The notes under the pieces were generated by a model. It ran no database searches, was not told the origin of the DNA, and worked only from the letters and a program-made list of their open reading frames with translations. DNA of 64,000 nt from Chlorokybus atmophyticus (taxonomy: Eukaryota > Plantae > Mesostigma and Chlorokybus algae): NCBI GenBank assembly GCA_009103225.1, contig RHPI01001403.1, positions 40,327-104,326 of the forward strand, read 5' to 3'. The position numbers and the translations under genes are program-made. Below, one piece after another: positions 51,129-64,000 of the stretch. The number at the start of each line of letters is the position of its first letter. Position 1 is the stretch's first letter.

Positions 51129-53932
51129 ATGGCTGCGCAGCAAGGGGAACAGTACGACGTCTTTCTCTGTCATCGGGGTCCAGATACGAAGAAACATTTC
51201 AGCGTGTGGCTGAAGCGCGAGCTTGAAAGGCAGAAGCTACAGGTGTTTTTTGATGATAGGTCAATGGGTACGGGAGATCGTGCGTCTGAAACAATGAACG
51301 CAGCCATGAGGACGGCAACATGCGGTCTTGTGGTGCTGTCTCGGGGGTTCTTTGTTAGCAAATGGTGCATGCAAGAGCTCTGCAACTTCCTGGATCGAGG
51401 AAATTGCATACCAGTCTGTTATGATGTCACCCCTGATGACATAAACGCAGAGAAGATCATGAACAAAGAAGGTACATTGCGACATTCTCGATATCTCCAT
51501 TGGGGTTCTTGCCCCTTCCTCAGGCTGACCCATGATGCATCTATCACGTTAGGTGAAATTTGGAATGTTTACGGGGGCCAGCTGTGGACAAGCTGCAGTA
51601 TGACTGAAGCAGACTGGACACGAACAGTTCAAGACGTTGCAGACGTATGCATGGACAACATAAAAAGATATGACGATTACCAGGACACCTATGTTGATGC
51701 AATCGTCCGCGACGTTTGCAAGCGGCTCAATCGATCGTGCCTTATAGGGAAGAGAGTCAACATGACGCCGTACCGCAACAACATGCATTTTGTGGGAAGG
51801 GGCAAAGATTTGGCAGAGCTGCAAAACAAGTTGAGAGGTGACTGTGGCTGCGTCTGCATCCAAGGCATGGGCGGTGCTGGCAAGACGCAGCTGGCACTGA
51901 AGTATCTGTATAGCCGCCAACACCAGTACGACAAGCTGCTCTGGATCAATGCCAGCAAACAGGCGTTGCACAGTGGTTTCCTAGGGTTGATAAAACCACT
52001 GGGTATTGACCTGAGCGTTGGCGACACAAGGTAAGAGCCTCTGATGGCTTTCTCTGGCAGCTCTACTACTCCCTGCTCACCGCAAACTGCAGGTGTGGAA
52101 GAATACACCTCAAGCTAAAGCTGATCAATGGTGTTACACAGGTCTTTGCTCCCAGCCACTCTGCCACTTGATCAAGAGCAAGACCGAGACCGAGAACTTG
52201 TTTGGAAAATCCGGACAGCACTGGAACAGTCGGACACCCCTTGTCTTCTGGTGTTGGACAACGTGGATGAGGAGGAGCAGTATGTAAAATACCTACCAAG
52301 GGAAGGATGTTGCCATGTCATACTGACTGCTCGTCAGCGTATGGATGGCAAGCATGATATCCTGGAGCTGCAGAATCTTGAAGAGGTTTCTGCTCGTGAG
52401 TTGCTGACATGAAGGCTGCCGCCTGGAACGCCCAAGGACAAGGTCCAAGAGCTGGCTGTGGCTCTAGGGTGCCACGCTTTATCCCTAGCAGTTTCCGCCA
52501 AACTGATGTACGAGGGTGGGCATAACCCGGATTGGATCTTGGAGTTGCTGAAGCAAGAAGGTATAGAAGGTATAGAAGTATTTGACCAAATACTTCTATA
52601 CCGAAGAGTTGGACGACTGTGAATCCCAGCATACGCGGAAGTTAACTATTTTGTTCAACACAAGTGTTATGATGATGGTGAGCGATGGCAGATATCCTCG
52701 GGCGGTGCCTTTGGCCAGACACTTTCTTTGGTTGGGTGGATGGTTTGCTGGTGTGCCGATCAGGCTAGAACTGTTGACACGTGCTGCTTTCAACTTTCTG
52801 GCGGTGCACCCCGGCAACAAAGATGTCGGCCATGCGTCGGGACTGCTTCGAAAATATGCGCTAGCCGAGCGGCTGCCGGATGGACGGTTGTACTTCCACC
52901 CTCTGGTGCAGAATTATGGCAGATGGGAGGGGGAAGAAGGAATGGGGAGATCAGATTGCCAAGGCTGCCGTTACGGCCATCGCTGCGTGCAAGGTCAGAG
53001 AAGACGCGGATCATGTTGCATATGCGGTGTCCATGGCACTTCCGGAGGGTGATGGCCCCAGCAATGTCAAAGTTCCACTTGATGAGGACGGCTTGCGAAA
53101 AGTCAATACCGTGGCACTGAAGTTGGTGGAATTTTACCAGACAGCAGAAGCTTGGAGCATTTTGCAGAGGTGCGAACATATGTTGCAGCGGCTTAGATCT
53201 CAATGCCCGTCATGCTGGTTGAGCCTTTGGCTTTCGCAAAGCCATTGCTTCAGACTTCAGCGCAACTACCGCGAGGCTGAGGCCCTGCTCAGACGGACGC
53301 TAGCGATTAATAAAGCCGAGCTAGGGCCAGATCATTCCAACATCGCAATGATTGTTGGTAATCTGGCACTCGTGCTGCATAAGCAGGGCAAGCTTGACGA
53401 CGCCGAGGCATTCAATTTGCAGGCGCTGGCAATGAATGAAGCAAACCTGGGGCTGGACCACCCACACATCGCGACCTCCCTCAACAATCTGGCAATGGTT
53501 TTGCACGATCAGGGTTGTTACGGCAAGATCGGGGACCTGCACAGACGGGCGCTAGCGATTCGTGAAGCCAAGTTGGGGCCGGACCACCCCGACACTGCGA
53601 ACTCTCTCAACAACCTGGCAGTCGCTCTTCAAGAGCAGTGTCGGTACGGTGAGGCCGAGGACCTGTACCGGCGGGCACTGGTGATCTGCGAAGCGAAGCT
53701 GGGGCCGGACCACCCCAAAACCGCGAACATCCTGAACAACCTGGCATTTGCGCTGCACAAGCAGGGTCAGTACGGCAAGGCCGAGGCCCCGTACAGGCGG
53801 GCGCTGGCGATATGCGAAGCAAAGCTGGGGCCGGACCACCCCGACACCGCAACTACTTTCAACAACCTGAAAAACGTGCTGCAAAGGCAGGGCAAGTACG
53901 ACGAGGTGAAGGCCCTCCGAAACCGACAGTGA
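51129..53932 (+). pseudogene. TIR-NB-ARC-TPR (TNP-type) immune receptor, disrupted
   Basis: TIR (YDVFLCHRGPD, SKWCMQEL); introns 51472-51552 and 52031-52141; P-loop GMGGAGKT; Walker B LLVLDNVD; GCHAL (GLPL-like); FHPLVQ (MHD-like); about five 42-aa LGPDHP..A.SLNNLA TPRs. TGA at 52410 and frameshifts at about 52580 and 52940. Confidence 0.9.
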
Positions 53933-54899
53933 TAGGCGACTGTAAGTATCCATAAGCTTCAGTACCTGTTCTGTTTCACAGCCTGTAAGTATGTGCTTCG
54001 CCATGTTGTCTGCTGCTCCTAGATACTGATAGTGTAAGGAGAGGCTGCTGAGGCAAGTGTTAGTTTATATCAGTTACATCCTGTGAAAAGGACATGGACA
54101 GCATTAGGTGAAGTTGGCGGCAATGGCAGCATTGCAGTATTGTGTGGTATCTCGCAATTGTTGTGGCACAAACCAAATGGACAAGGATGACTCGGGCTGG
54201 CTGTCTGAATAGCGCTACAAGGTGGTCGAATTCGTCTTGCTGAGACACCTGGAGTATAACTACCTAGCCGCCCATCAGCTGATGGGGTCTGCCTCAACGG
54301 CTGGCTTGCCTACTAGAAATCAAGGCTTACACCTGCGAGATCAGGCTTATCTCCCCTCCTCCCCCCCTGCCCCCCCCCGGCACCACCTCGCATAGATCTA
54401 CCTTCGCGCGCTGCACATTATCCTTGGCACTTTTGTACACACCCATGTACACATGTACATAGCTTGTGTTTGTACCTTCGGATGGCGATTGCCAGCATCC
54501 ACAAATGCTCAGCAGCGGCTGCTTCCTTAATACAGCGAGCTCACGGAGTTTGTGGGCATAGAGTCCATGGTGGACAAGGTGTATTGCGACCATTGCTCCA
54601 AGCAGAGCGGTCAGTACACCGCACATTGGCAGCGTTTGTAATGCCGCTCCTGGGAAAGAGGCTTCTATTGGCGGAGCCTGCCTTCATGAGCACGACCTGA
54701 CTGAACGTGTAGGGCGAACGTGAATGGCTGTAACTCAATGTACCAGATAACCTTTGCTTCGCTTAGTTTACGCTCCAGGAAGAATGAGCCAGGATGTCCC
54801 ATCCCCTCGTATTGAAGGTACACAAACTGCTATTATGATATGCCATCATCCTTTGATAACAGTGCACTTGTATAGTATACATGATGACTAGTCTCTTGG

Positions 54900-57800
54900 T
54901 ACCCAAGTGTAATGGTGCGTGCGCAACCGCATCACCCTGTCAAAGGCTACGAACCATTTGCCGGACAGCTGTCCTTAGTTAGTTGAGGCTATTCAATAAG
55001 GGATGCAACAATGGCTGACTATTGTTGCTGTGGCCATGCGCACTAGCCAGTCCTATTGGTGTAGGCAGTGAGTGACCAGCGCAAGAATAATTCCGAGCGC
55101 ACCTAAAACAGCACTGAGAACGCTGAACGAGTCCATCATGGGTTGTAGTATACGTAACTTGCAACATCCAGCGGCTGGTTACACATGCTGCAAGCTACAT
55201 ATATCCGCCGCCACAGTTGGGACTGCCCACTTTGGCAGTGCCTAACTTGTGGCGCTGTCATCTCAGGTGGGGATGACCATCGCGGTGGTCGCTATCTTGG
55301 GTGCTGCTGCTGCCTGCCTCCCCTGCCTTCTTGCTTGCCAGCTAGTTGTTCGTGTGTTATGTTGTGTGTTGGCAAACACTCAGTTGTTAGAGGCTAGGGC
55401 CAGCCCTCTGCATTGTGTATTGCCTGTGCTATCGTATCTTGCATTAATATTGCTTGTATCCTGCACTGTTTGCTTGTCGTTTGCTTCTTGTGCATATATA
55501 TCACTGCAGCTCTCCCCGCGCTGCCCGGTAATGAACGCAATTGTTGGGTGGCTTACTGGGCATGCCGCGTCCATGCGACCGAGTACATTGTTTGTGCATT
55601 GCTGTGAAATGGTACATGCACAATGCACAAACTTTCACAGCCGCACTGCACAACATCGAGCATGGTAGTTGTAACGGTGCTGTCAACTGCGTGGATTGGG
55701 CTTGCCAGGGAAAGAAAAACATCAGGACACGCAATATCAAGTAGCAGCATGCGTTGGTGAACGCTGCACCCTTGACACAATATAGATACAATATAAAGAC
55801 AACCAGGTACTTGGTAACTCAAGCGCTACATGCTACCAATGAACATCGACTCATGCAGTTACGCACACACAGCTTTACGCGCAAATTCTCTAACCACACA
55901 CTCACAGGCGTGACATTCTCTCTCACTGGCACGCTCATGCAATCTCACTGGCTAGTATTCGCACAACATTGCACGCAGTGACGTATCCCCCCNNNNCCGG
56001 GCAAGCAACATCCGCCCACATCCTCTTGCAACCCGACATGCATGTCCGCTCAACGCCACTTCAAACAGACAATGTGTCCGAGGAGGACTGTAATGTGAGT
56101 GCAAAGTACACAACAACAAAGTAGCTGATTGCATGCAAGTGTGGAGATGAGAGCAAAACAGAAGCAGGAGAGGGGAGGGGGGCCAACCTGTGCTGCAGCG
56201 GTACTGGTAAGTTGCCAACATGTGGAGGCAGCCACCCGCCAAGCTGCAGGAATGACGCCTTCTTTATCCACGGAGACGACGACAATGCTGCCCCCGCCCA
56301 CAAAGCCAAGCTAGTGATCAGCTCCACCGCTTCCTGGTCACATCACCAGCCGGCAGCGAGACAGGGTTTGGTGGCGGCGCATGGTGAGGAGGAGGAGGTG
56401 GTGGGTTGAGGCGTGTTGTATAGCAACTCTTCCCATTCCTGTCTCCCTCAATCCCGCCCCTACCATCCTTTCTCTTCTCGCCCTCCCCTTCTCACTTCTC
56501 GCTTTCCCGTCCCCCAGGCTTTCTTGCTTTCTCGCATGCGCGTCTCTGCACTCTGGTCTCTTGCTGTCTCTATTACATGGACGCACACACTCATGGTACA
56601 TCGCAGCCCTTGTACGCGCACACTCGTGCGCACTCTTACACCGTGGCACATGCTTGAGTCAAGCAGACAAATAAAACCCGAGTTGTGGTGCAACTGCTGC
56701 ACCACGCCGAATCTCAATCTCATCCGTGCTCGGCGCCCCATCATGGTGCGTGGATGATTGCTCTCGGTGAAGCTATTTGTCAACCAGTATTGATATATAT
56801 ACCTTACAGTACTGGTGTCAGTGTCTGTTTATATTGCGTCTCTTGGCGGGGAGTCCTTCATTGCGATCAACAACAACGTCGACGCAAACATTCTTTCAAG
56901 CAACGGTACAGCATCCCCNGCAGTTGATTTCAAAACTTCCCCGCCTAGATGTTGTTGCTGATGCCCAGAGCCACCAGCTGGGAAGCGAAGGTGTGATATA
57001 CTTCACAGGGTGGTGGTGTGGGCCTCCCTGCTCAGGATGCGGCACAGTTGCTGCGGAGGTTGGTGTCGAAAGCGGCCACGGGAGGTAGTGACACCGTGAT
57101 GTTGACAGTGATGTACACCGTCTTGGCAAAAGTGTACATGGTCATGAAGGTATGGACAGCAGTCGGTGTTTGACACGCATGCACGCACCTGCCAGCCGAA
57201 TGGGGCTCGACAGGGATTGAGGAGACGGCGTGGAGCACAAAGATGGCGGCGAAGGAGGCCATGGTGAGAGCGCACAGACAGAGAAACAATCATGATGATG
57301 GTGGCTGGATCAGACTGCATGCAGGCACATGTACACGTACACATGCACAGCAGAGCGGAGAGGGACAGTGAACAGCCTCTTACCATGACAGACTGCCTGC
57401 CTCTCTCACCACACAGTTACTGCCTGCATTCGTCCAAGGGTTTCTTCCCACACACAGAACGGTGTGAGAGACAGTAATAGCGCTATTACTGTCTCTCACA
57501 CCGTTCGGCGTGGTCATATTTCCCTGCAGCCGCTGTTGTGCGTAGTAAACCATTGATAACACCAGTATTGATGATGATGTTGCCTTTTGCTATGTCACGC
57601 AGGCCTCCTCCTCTGCCTGATGACAAACAGATAGGATGGGTGAGAACAGTTGTACCTTGTTGTTGCCTGGCATGCATGAAAATGGCACAAAGCAGGCGCT
57701 GAGGCAGGCCTTATGTCGGTGTTTGTGTGCTTGCGTGCGCTTGGCGTGCGTTTTTCTCAAGACCCATGCAAAATGAACGGGGTTTGGAATCTTTGTTCGA

Positions 57801-58250
57801 GTCTTGTGGCCGTTGGGACAGCCTTCTGAGAGCAGGCGACGGCGACAAGGCGGCAGCGTCGGCGGCATGAAGACCAGATAGTGGGTAGATCTCTCTCTTT
57901 CTTGCTCTGCAGAAAAGTATGCACCTATATGGGTTCGTCGCTAACATCTTGTCATTTGGATCGCCGGGACACACACACACACACCCACGCGCGCGCGCGC
58001 GCGCAGGCAAATAGGCAGGCAGGCATGCGCATGCCCGCAAGCATAGATGTGCACCTACATGGGCACATGCATGGCATCTATCGCACGTACGCACACGCAC
58101 GCAGACTTCAAACAACCGCGGCATTGCCGTCGTTAATCAATGTTAAAAACACATGTGCATTCAACACCGCGTTGCTAGCACACTGTGGTCATAGCACAAG
58201 AAAGGACGCAATCAGCAACAACACGTCGTATGAGCAGACAACCACTGCAG
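54900..58250. repeat. Diverged segmental duplication, copy 2
   Basis: Same orientation and block order as 41930-45000. Confidence 0.8.
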
Positions 58251-58376
58251 GTACAGTCGTGAGCTTATGCTTTTCTTCTAGTGATTTGAAACGTCATCAT
58301 GCGTGAACGCAAAAGAAGTTGACGCATGACACTTGTCATCTGACATAGTGGCATGTTTTTGCGGTGAGTGGGAGAG

Positions 58377-58737
58377 ATGTCAGGCAACAACGACTGGCAC
58401 GAGAGCGACTTGCAGAACATCAACAATCTCCTGACGCAGTCGGCTGACAGGATCATCAACGAGCTTGACAAGCTGAAAGTGGTCATCCGAAACGAGTGCC
58501 TAAGAGTCTGCAATCACGATACTCGTCCAGACGAACCCCTCATCCCACTTGTTCGCGAAAAGACAACTGAGGGGGCATTTTACCTGTGAACATGCTTGGA
58601 CTTGAGGAGTGCACTAATGAAGAACTTGATATGATAGACGTATCCGATCCCCTTCTATGGGATTGTGCTGGATCGAGAGCTTGATGCACGACGCCAGCAG
58701 TTCAAGGAGTGGATGACACGGGGGTCTAGGTCTAGGT
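58377..58737 (+). pseudogene. Short coiled-coil + Mug135 C-terminal-like domain protein, two compensating frameshifts
   Basis: Reconstructed LRVCNHDTRPDEPLIPLV...GAF/PVNMLGLEECTNEELDMI.../FYGIVLDRELDARRQQFKEWM fits the N..PL.PL..FP....L...L..FYG..RR pattern; recognised by eye only. Confidence 0.45.
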
Positions 58738-59211
58738 ACTATCATTGACAATGCAATATGCAATGTAGCTGTTGGCTTGCACGAACGTATACATCAGCGT
58801 CGCATAGGGCAGCCTACATTTGCCACTGGTTGTGTAACTTGGTGGTGCGGCTGTTCGGCCCGCATTCTTGCTGCCCAGATAAGCGCAGTGGCCGCATCGG
58901 TGTTTGTGCATGTGTGCTTGAGTGGAGGAGGGGCGGGCCTAACTCGACGTGGAAGTTCTGCTCCATATTCTGTCCTGTTGTTGCGCCACACAAGATCGAC
59001 CATGGCTCTTTGGCGCTGATGTCGCAGACAAGCTTTATCACTTGCGCAGAGTGGTCAACACCCACGCCCGCGACTACGCCACTGCCAGTGGTAGGCTATC
59101 ATGGACGGGCAGACCTCTGCCACGCATGCTTTGTCCAAGCTACTAGCGTAGTACCAACGCGCACAGCCTTGCGCCTGCCATGCACAAGCGAATATACACT
59201 ATACACAAAGT

Positions 59212-59212
<1 letters not shown>

Positions 59213-59258
<46 letters not shown>

Positions 59259-59543
59259 NNNNNNNNNNNNNNNNNNNNNNNNNNNNNNNNNNNNNNNNNN
59301 NNNNNNNNNNNNNNNNNNNNNNNNNNNNNNNNNNNNNNNNNNNNNNNNNNNNNNNNNNNNNNNNNNNNNNNNNNNNNNNNNNNNNNNNNNNNNNNNNNNN
59401 NNNNNNNNNNNNNNNNNNNNNNNNNNNNNNNNNNNNNNNNNNNNNNNNNNNNNNNNNNNNNNNNNNNNNNNNNNNNNNNNNNNNNNNNNNNNNNNNNNNN
59501 NNNNNNNNNNNNNNNNNNNNNNNNNNNNNNNNNNNNNNNNNNN
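59213..59543. other. Poly-C tract and assembly gap
   Basis: C run followed by N at 59259-59543. Confidence 0.98.
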
Positions 59544-60610
59544 CTCTCGCTCAGGTCTGCCACACTGCAAGGAGGAGAATAGGCAGCAACGTGTTGGCCA
59601 GCAAGGGCAAATTCAGGTACAAACCAAAGGTCCACAGCAGGGGCAGCACGGAGGACCTCGTCCGCGCTCTTCTTGGTCTCAGAGACTGCCGTCGGCTTCA
59701 GCTCCTCACCCGCATGCAGGGGTGTGCATGTGAGACGACATATGTATGTATGCAAATGTGCGTGCACGTAACTGTGTGTGAGTGAGGATGTAAACCAACA
59801 GTGTGCCAGGTTGGAGCGCACACCCGCGCCCGCGATACTGCCATAATCAATTGGCAAACGTACGTCACGTGCGGGTAAGTCTTGTGTAGTACAACGTCTA
59901 TGTAATGCAAGCACACACATGCAACAGACACTGTACACACATTGATCGCATGACTTTATCACACAGCAGCACGCAGGCGCAGTAACCCTGAACATTCGAG
60001 ATGGAGCGAACAGCGCACACGCACATAGAGTGCCCCGCCGCATGCGATCTGCACGCAAATCGGGCTGCAGCGGCTAGTCTATCAGGCGATTTCACTTTTC
60101 GTATATGAGTACTTTATTGCTGTATACAAGAAGAGTGTAGAAGCTGTCAGTAGTTCAAGCGCCATGTATTTGTTGGCGCGGCTTATGACTGTTGCGTGCC
60201 TCTGCATTGGTGCACGCACATGTGGGCGAATCCCTCGGTGGTAAGGGAAAGCACTGCGTGGCATTGTTGGGTACTTTATCCTCTTGGCGGTCATGTCGCA
60301 TGCGTGGTCGATATGTAAAGCATGCAGCATGAGTAGGATCTTCACGCACGTTACCAACGTGCCGGCGTGCACGCGTGTAGAAAACGGCCCTCTGCCAACA
60401 CTCTGCCTCGTTCACATTTGCACACTGCAGGGGTGGCAGGAGATTTTGAAAATCAGCTGAACAGCAGAGCAATATGGTTACATCACGTTGCGGGTGCGCA
60501 TGTCAACCCGATATGTTTGTCAATGCACGTGTCTGTTCTCTCAAAGCTCAAGCTACCTGTCCAGAACAGGAGCGAGAGGGCGCTATGCACGGCACAATCA
60601 GCTAGGATCG

Positions 60611-63600
60611 TCATGCTTCATCGTCACAAAGAGCCTCGAGCTTCGCCAGCGAACTGAGGTATCTGTCCGCCATTCTACTCTGCGAGGGACACTCAGGTAG
60701 GCCAAATTCATCAAGGATACCACTCTCCCTTACGAGCCTGCATGCTTCGGGGACAACCGCCATGTGTGCCAGTGCACCCACTGCAGATAAGGTATTGCAG
60801 CCATTTGCAACAGCGGCGGCACAGCTCCAGCCTGGACCAACTCCTCCGCCATTGCGCGATTGGTAACTAGAGCGGATTCGTGCCCTTTGCATGCCAGGCT
60901 TACGAGAAGCATGCAACAGAACAACCTGCGAGTTTGGGGCTTCACCGAGCTCGAGCCATTTGCAGCAGGTTGCAGCAGCCTGACAACACGAGGTATGGCG
61001 CCAGCTTGCACAATCACACCCTGCGGGCCACAACTTGCCATGAACTCGGCATGCAGGTGCTGCTGTATTGAGTGATAGCCATGCGCCATGAGCTTTCTTA
61101 CCTTCATGATCTGGTCGTCATTTCTAGCCAACAGATGCAACAGCCTTGCACAGGCCTCTTGGCAGGGCGCACTGGTAGACGTCATCATCTGCACCACGAG
61201 CGGAATAGCACCCGCATTTGCTACCAATCTCTGCAACAACGCCAGTCATGACCGTGTCGCCTGCCACTAAGCACAGAACATATGCCCCTCACAAAACCCC
61301 TCACAGAACATACGCCCCTCACATATGCACCACACATGTTTGCACGGAGACAAAGGTCATGTACACCACGAGAGTCACAAGTGACGCAAGGCATACCTTG
61401 TGTTTAGCCATGTTGAGTACAACCACCAATGCGCTATGCCTTGAGTCCTCATGGTTGCTTTTGAGACTCTCAACCATAATCTGGATAAGCTCGGCCCACC
61501 TCTTGTTCTGCGCCAACTGGAACGCCTGCGGCACAACCTTATAGGACACCTTGTAGAACAAAATCTTCTTGCTAAGCTAGAACGTCTTGCTCATCTGCTG
61601 GAAGCATACCTGCTGTGTAGTCCTTTCGTTAAGCAGCGGAATCAAGGACAACAGCCTATCACCTGCTTGCTCCTGCCCATTTGTTCCGAAGGCAGACAAA
61701 AGACCTTGCACGGTATGATCAGATGACGACTTCAGCTTTTCCAACAGTTCTGCCCGTTGGTCTTGTCTGGTCAGCACTCGTAGCACCACGTTGTCGACAA
61801 CAAGCAATGGCACTGAGCCCCAGAAGTAAGTACGCACGCTTTGCAACAGCCATGAGGTCCTTTCGAGCTCATCAAGAGCTGCATTGAACTCAGCAATCCT
61901 CCTGCCTGCTCTCACCCAGACGAACTTCACCACATCTTTCCCAACAGGGTTTTTGAAGCAAGAAATGAGATCGATCAAGTGTCTCGCAGCATCCAGCAAC
62001 CCCTTTATGGACAGCTCAATGGCATGGATCAGACTTGTGCCTTGGCGCCCGTAAGCATTGTCTTCAAGAAGGCGCAGATAGTCCTTGTATACGTTCTGCC
62101 ACCTCTCAACAGGTGGCAACTGAGAAGGGCGTGTGATGTGCCAGCCAAGGGTGCACAGAGCCCAAGGGAGACGAGTTGCTTCTCTCAACATTTTGCGCGC
62201 GATTGTCTGCATAGATTCCATGTTCCACGTTGGGCAACAGACTAACTCACGCCAATGCTGTGGCCCACTGCATTGGCCTGAGTTGCTTGGCGTGTGTTAC
62301 ATCATATGGTGCAAGGTAACCTTGGAATGAAAGAATTACATTCACATACCAGTATGGTGGCGGCATCATTTCTGTCAACGCCAGCATTTCTGAAGTATGC
62401 TGTACTCTGTAGACAATCTAAAGGGTGAATGTTTGCGAGAGCATACGGGTCAGCAGCTTGGAAAAGCATACGTAGGGCTTGCTCGTGCCATGGAAGGGGA
62501 ACCGGAACGTGCTGCGTCGGCAAGCCCCCGCACACGGTAGAGTCCCTGGAAGTCACAAGGACCTTTGAACCATTGTTGTTCTGAATGGCAAAATCGCTGA
62601 CCCAGCGGCGGTGTGGCTGCTGGAAGTCGTCCAGCACAACTAGATACTTGTTAAGTGTTGTCAACCAACGCATGATCGCAGCTTTGCGCGCCTGTGCATG
62701 TCGCATCTCTTCAGTTGACATGTTGTGGCCAAGTTGCCTCAACAAATTCTGTTGCAGGGATTTTAATGTAGTTTGTGGCTTACGCTCCAGCCAAAAGACT
62801 CCTCCTGGGAAGTCTTTGTGTGTCTGCAGCAAGCCAGCTGAATCTGCACCGGACACTCACTGAGGTCAAACGCCAGCAGTGTAGAGGACACATAGCTTAC
62901 CTGAGGTATGGGGGACTGATCAAAGTGAAAGATTCGCGCGTTCTGGGCATGAAACTGCCGTGCAACATGCAATGCCAATGATGTTTTGCCATAGCCGAGA
63001 GGTCCTGAGATGAGAACTATGGGAAGAATTCCTGACTTCAACAGCAGCGCCAACTTGGTAGAACATTCTCCGGCACGACCGACTGCCAGCCTCATCGAGG
63101 GATCAACATAGGGGTGTTCGGGACTCAACTCTTCCAGAGCCTACAGTCTCCGCGTTTCTCGCCACTCCGCAGCTTCTGTCAATAGCTGTTTGACGGCGGT
63201 CAGCTTACTGTGCATGATGTCCGCTATTTCCATTGCTTGTCCTGGAAGCGCAGCTGTGGCAACAAGTGTAAAACAATTGCAGACCTTGCTTTTGAACCAC
63301 GAGAGCCAGTTGGCAGTTTGTAGTGACTGGGTTAGGTCCTGTAACCTCGGTATGACGTGGTCCTCGAAGAACTGGGCCGCGTGCTGTAGTGCTTGTTGCA
63401 CTGGTTCATAACCCCACAAGTCTTGTGCTTGGGTTTTGGCTACGTTCAATTCTTGTGTGATGTCGTCGCACTTGGCAATGCAACGAATCAGTTCATTTCT
63501 TGCATGGCCGAGAGTCTTTGTGACTGAAAGCAAATTTTGGGCAATTGCAAAAACGGCGTCAACTGCAACCGCAATAGTTATAAAAGATGTGTGCGCTTGG

Positions 63601-63617
63601 TAGAACCGTGCCTGCAA
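60611..63617 (-). pseudogene. Helical N-domain-NB-ARC-ARM repeat NLR-like protein, disrupted
   Basis: Amphipathic N-domain of about 150 aa; P-loop ISGPLGYGKTSLA; Walker B LVVLDD; GSKVLVTSR; LPWAL (GLPL-like); ARM repeats AGAIPLVVQMM, AGAIPRVVRLL, AGAVPPLL; in-frame TAG at 63141 and 61577. An upstream exon near 63900-63952 is possible. Confidence 0.85.
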
Positions 63618-64000
63618 ATGTTATTGTTGTGGCTGCTGGACACGCTAGTTTCTTTCAACATATGTTGAGCCAGTGCAAACGCTGCCTGAATGCAATGATA
63701 GCCCCATCAAGCAAGCAAGTGCATCTGCACCCGTGTACATGACTGCTAGCACTGCAATAAAGTAACCTGTTACCTGCCGGAGCTCAAGTGTCCTCAAAGC
63801 AGTCTTGAGAAGGGCCCTGCTTTGTTTGCAATATTGGAACAGTGTAGGGAGGCAGCGTGCTTTTCCTTTCGCAGCTGACGTTCTTCTCACACACCTACAC
63901 TTGGTGCACAAGGCGGCCCTCCAGGGGGTGTTCCTTGGCTGCGTCTCGCCATTGATGCAACAGCATACCTCTCCAAAAGCGCGGCAAACCTACAAGACGG

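Noticed and set aside
58940-59060. F-box-like string LDVEVLLHILSCC
   Set aside because: Preceded by an in-frame stop, very short, and no downstream domain recognised.
59560-59720. Nitrilase-like VDLWFVPEFALAG on the minus strand
   Set aside because: Single short motif next to an assembly gap; other catalytic motifs not found.
59099-60058. Long ORFs spanning 58758-60058 and 48581-49058
   Set aside because: Length is an artefact of N runs and homopolymer tracts.

Overview
Eukaryotic, intron-rich, transposon-dense DNA, most consistent with a green alga or early streptophyte (inferred from GT-AG introns of about 80-200 nt, AAACCCTA telo-boxes, plant-type CACTA transposases and TIR-NB-ARC-TPR genes; species not determined). 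Two complete CACTA/En-Spm elements have both TIRs and 3-bp TSDs: A at 13888-30128 (TSD CCT, inserted in a decayed glycerol kinase gene) and B at 32250-41590 (TSD CTG). Each carries a TnpD transposase and a divergently transcribed TnpA-like gene. Element A is unusual: a SET (lysine methyltransferase) domain is spliced in frame into its transposase N-terminus, an orphan Cys-rich gene is flanked by arrays of a palindromic ACCA-N4-TGGT motif, and a uracil-DNA glycosylase exon has been captured. Together these suggest a transposon-borne chromatin or anti-silencing module (hypothesis). The left 12 kb holds an OTU protease-gag-like pseudogene, a third TnpA-like gene, tandem repeats and a perfect 40-bp palindrome. 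The right 22 kb holds two disrupted NLR-like genes (TIR-NB-ARC-TPR; helical domain-NB-ARC-ARM), an intact intronless membrane-anchored ORF and a diverged segmental duplication. Domain calls come from motif recognition by eye, not database searches; exon structures are manual reconstructions.
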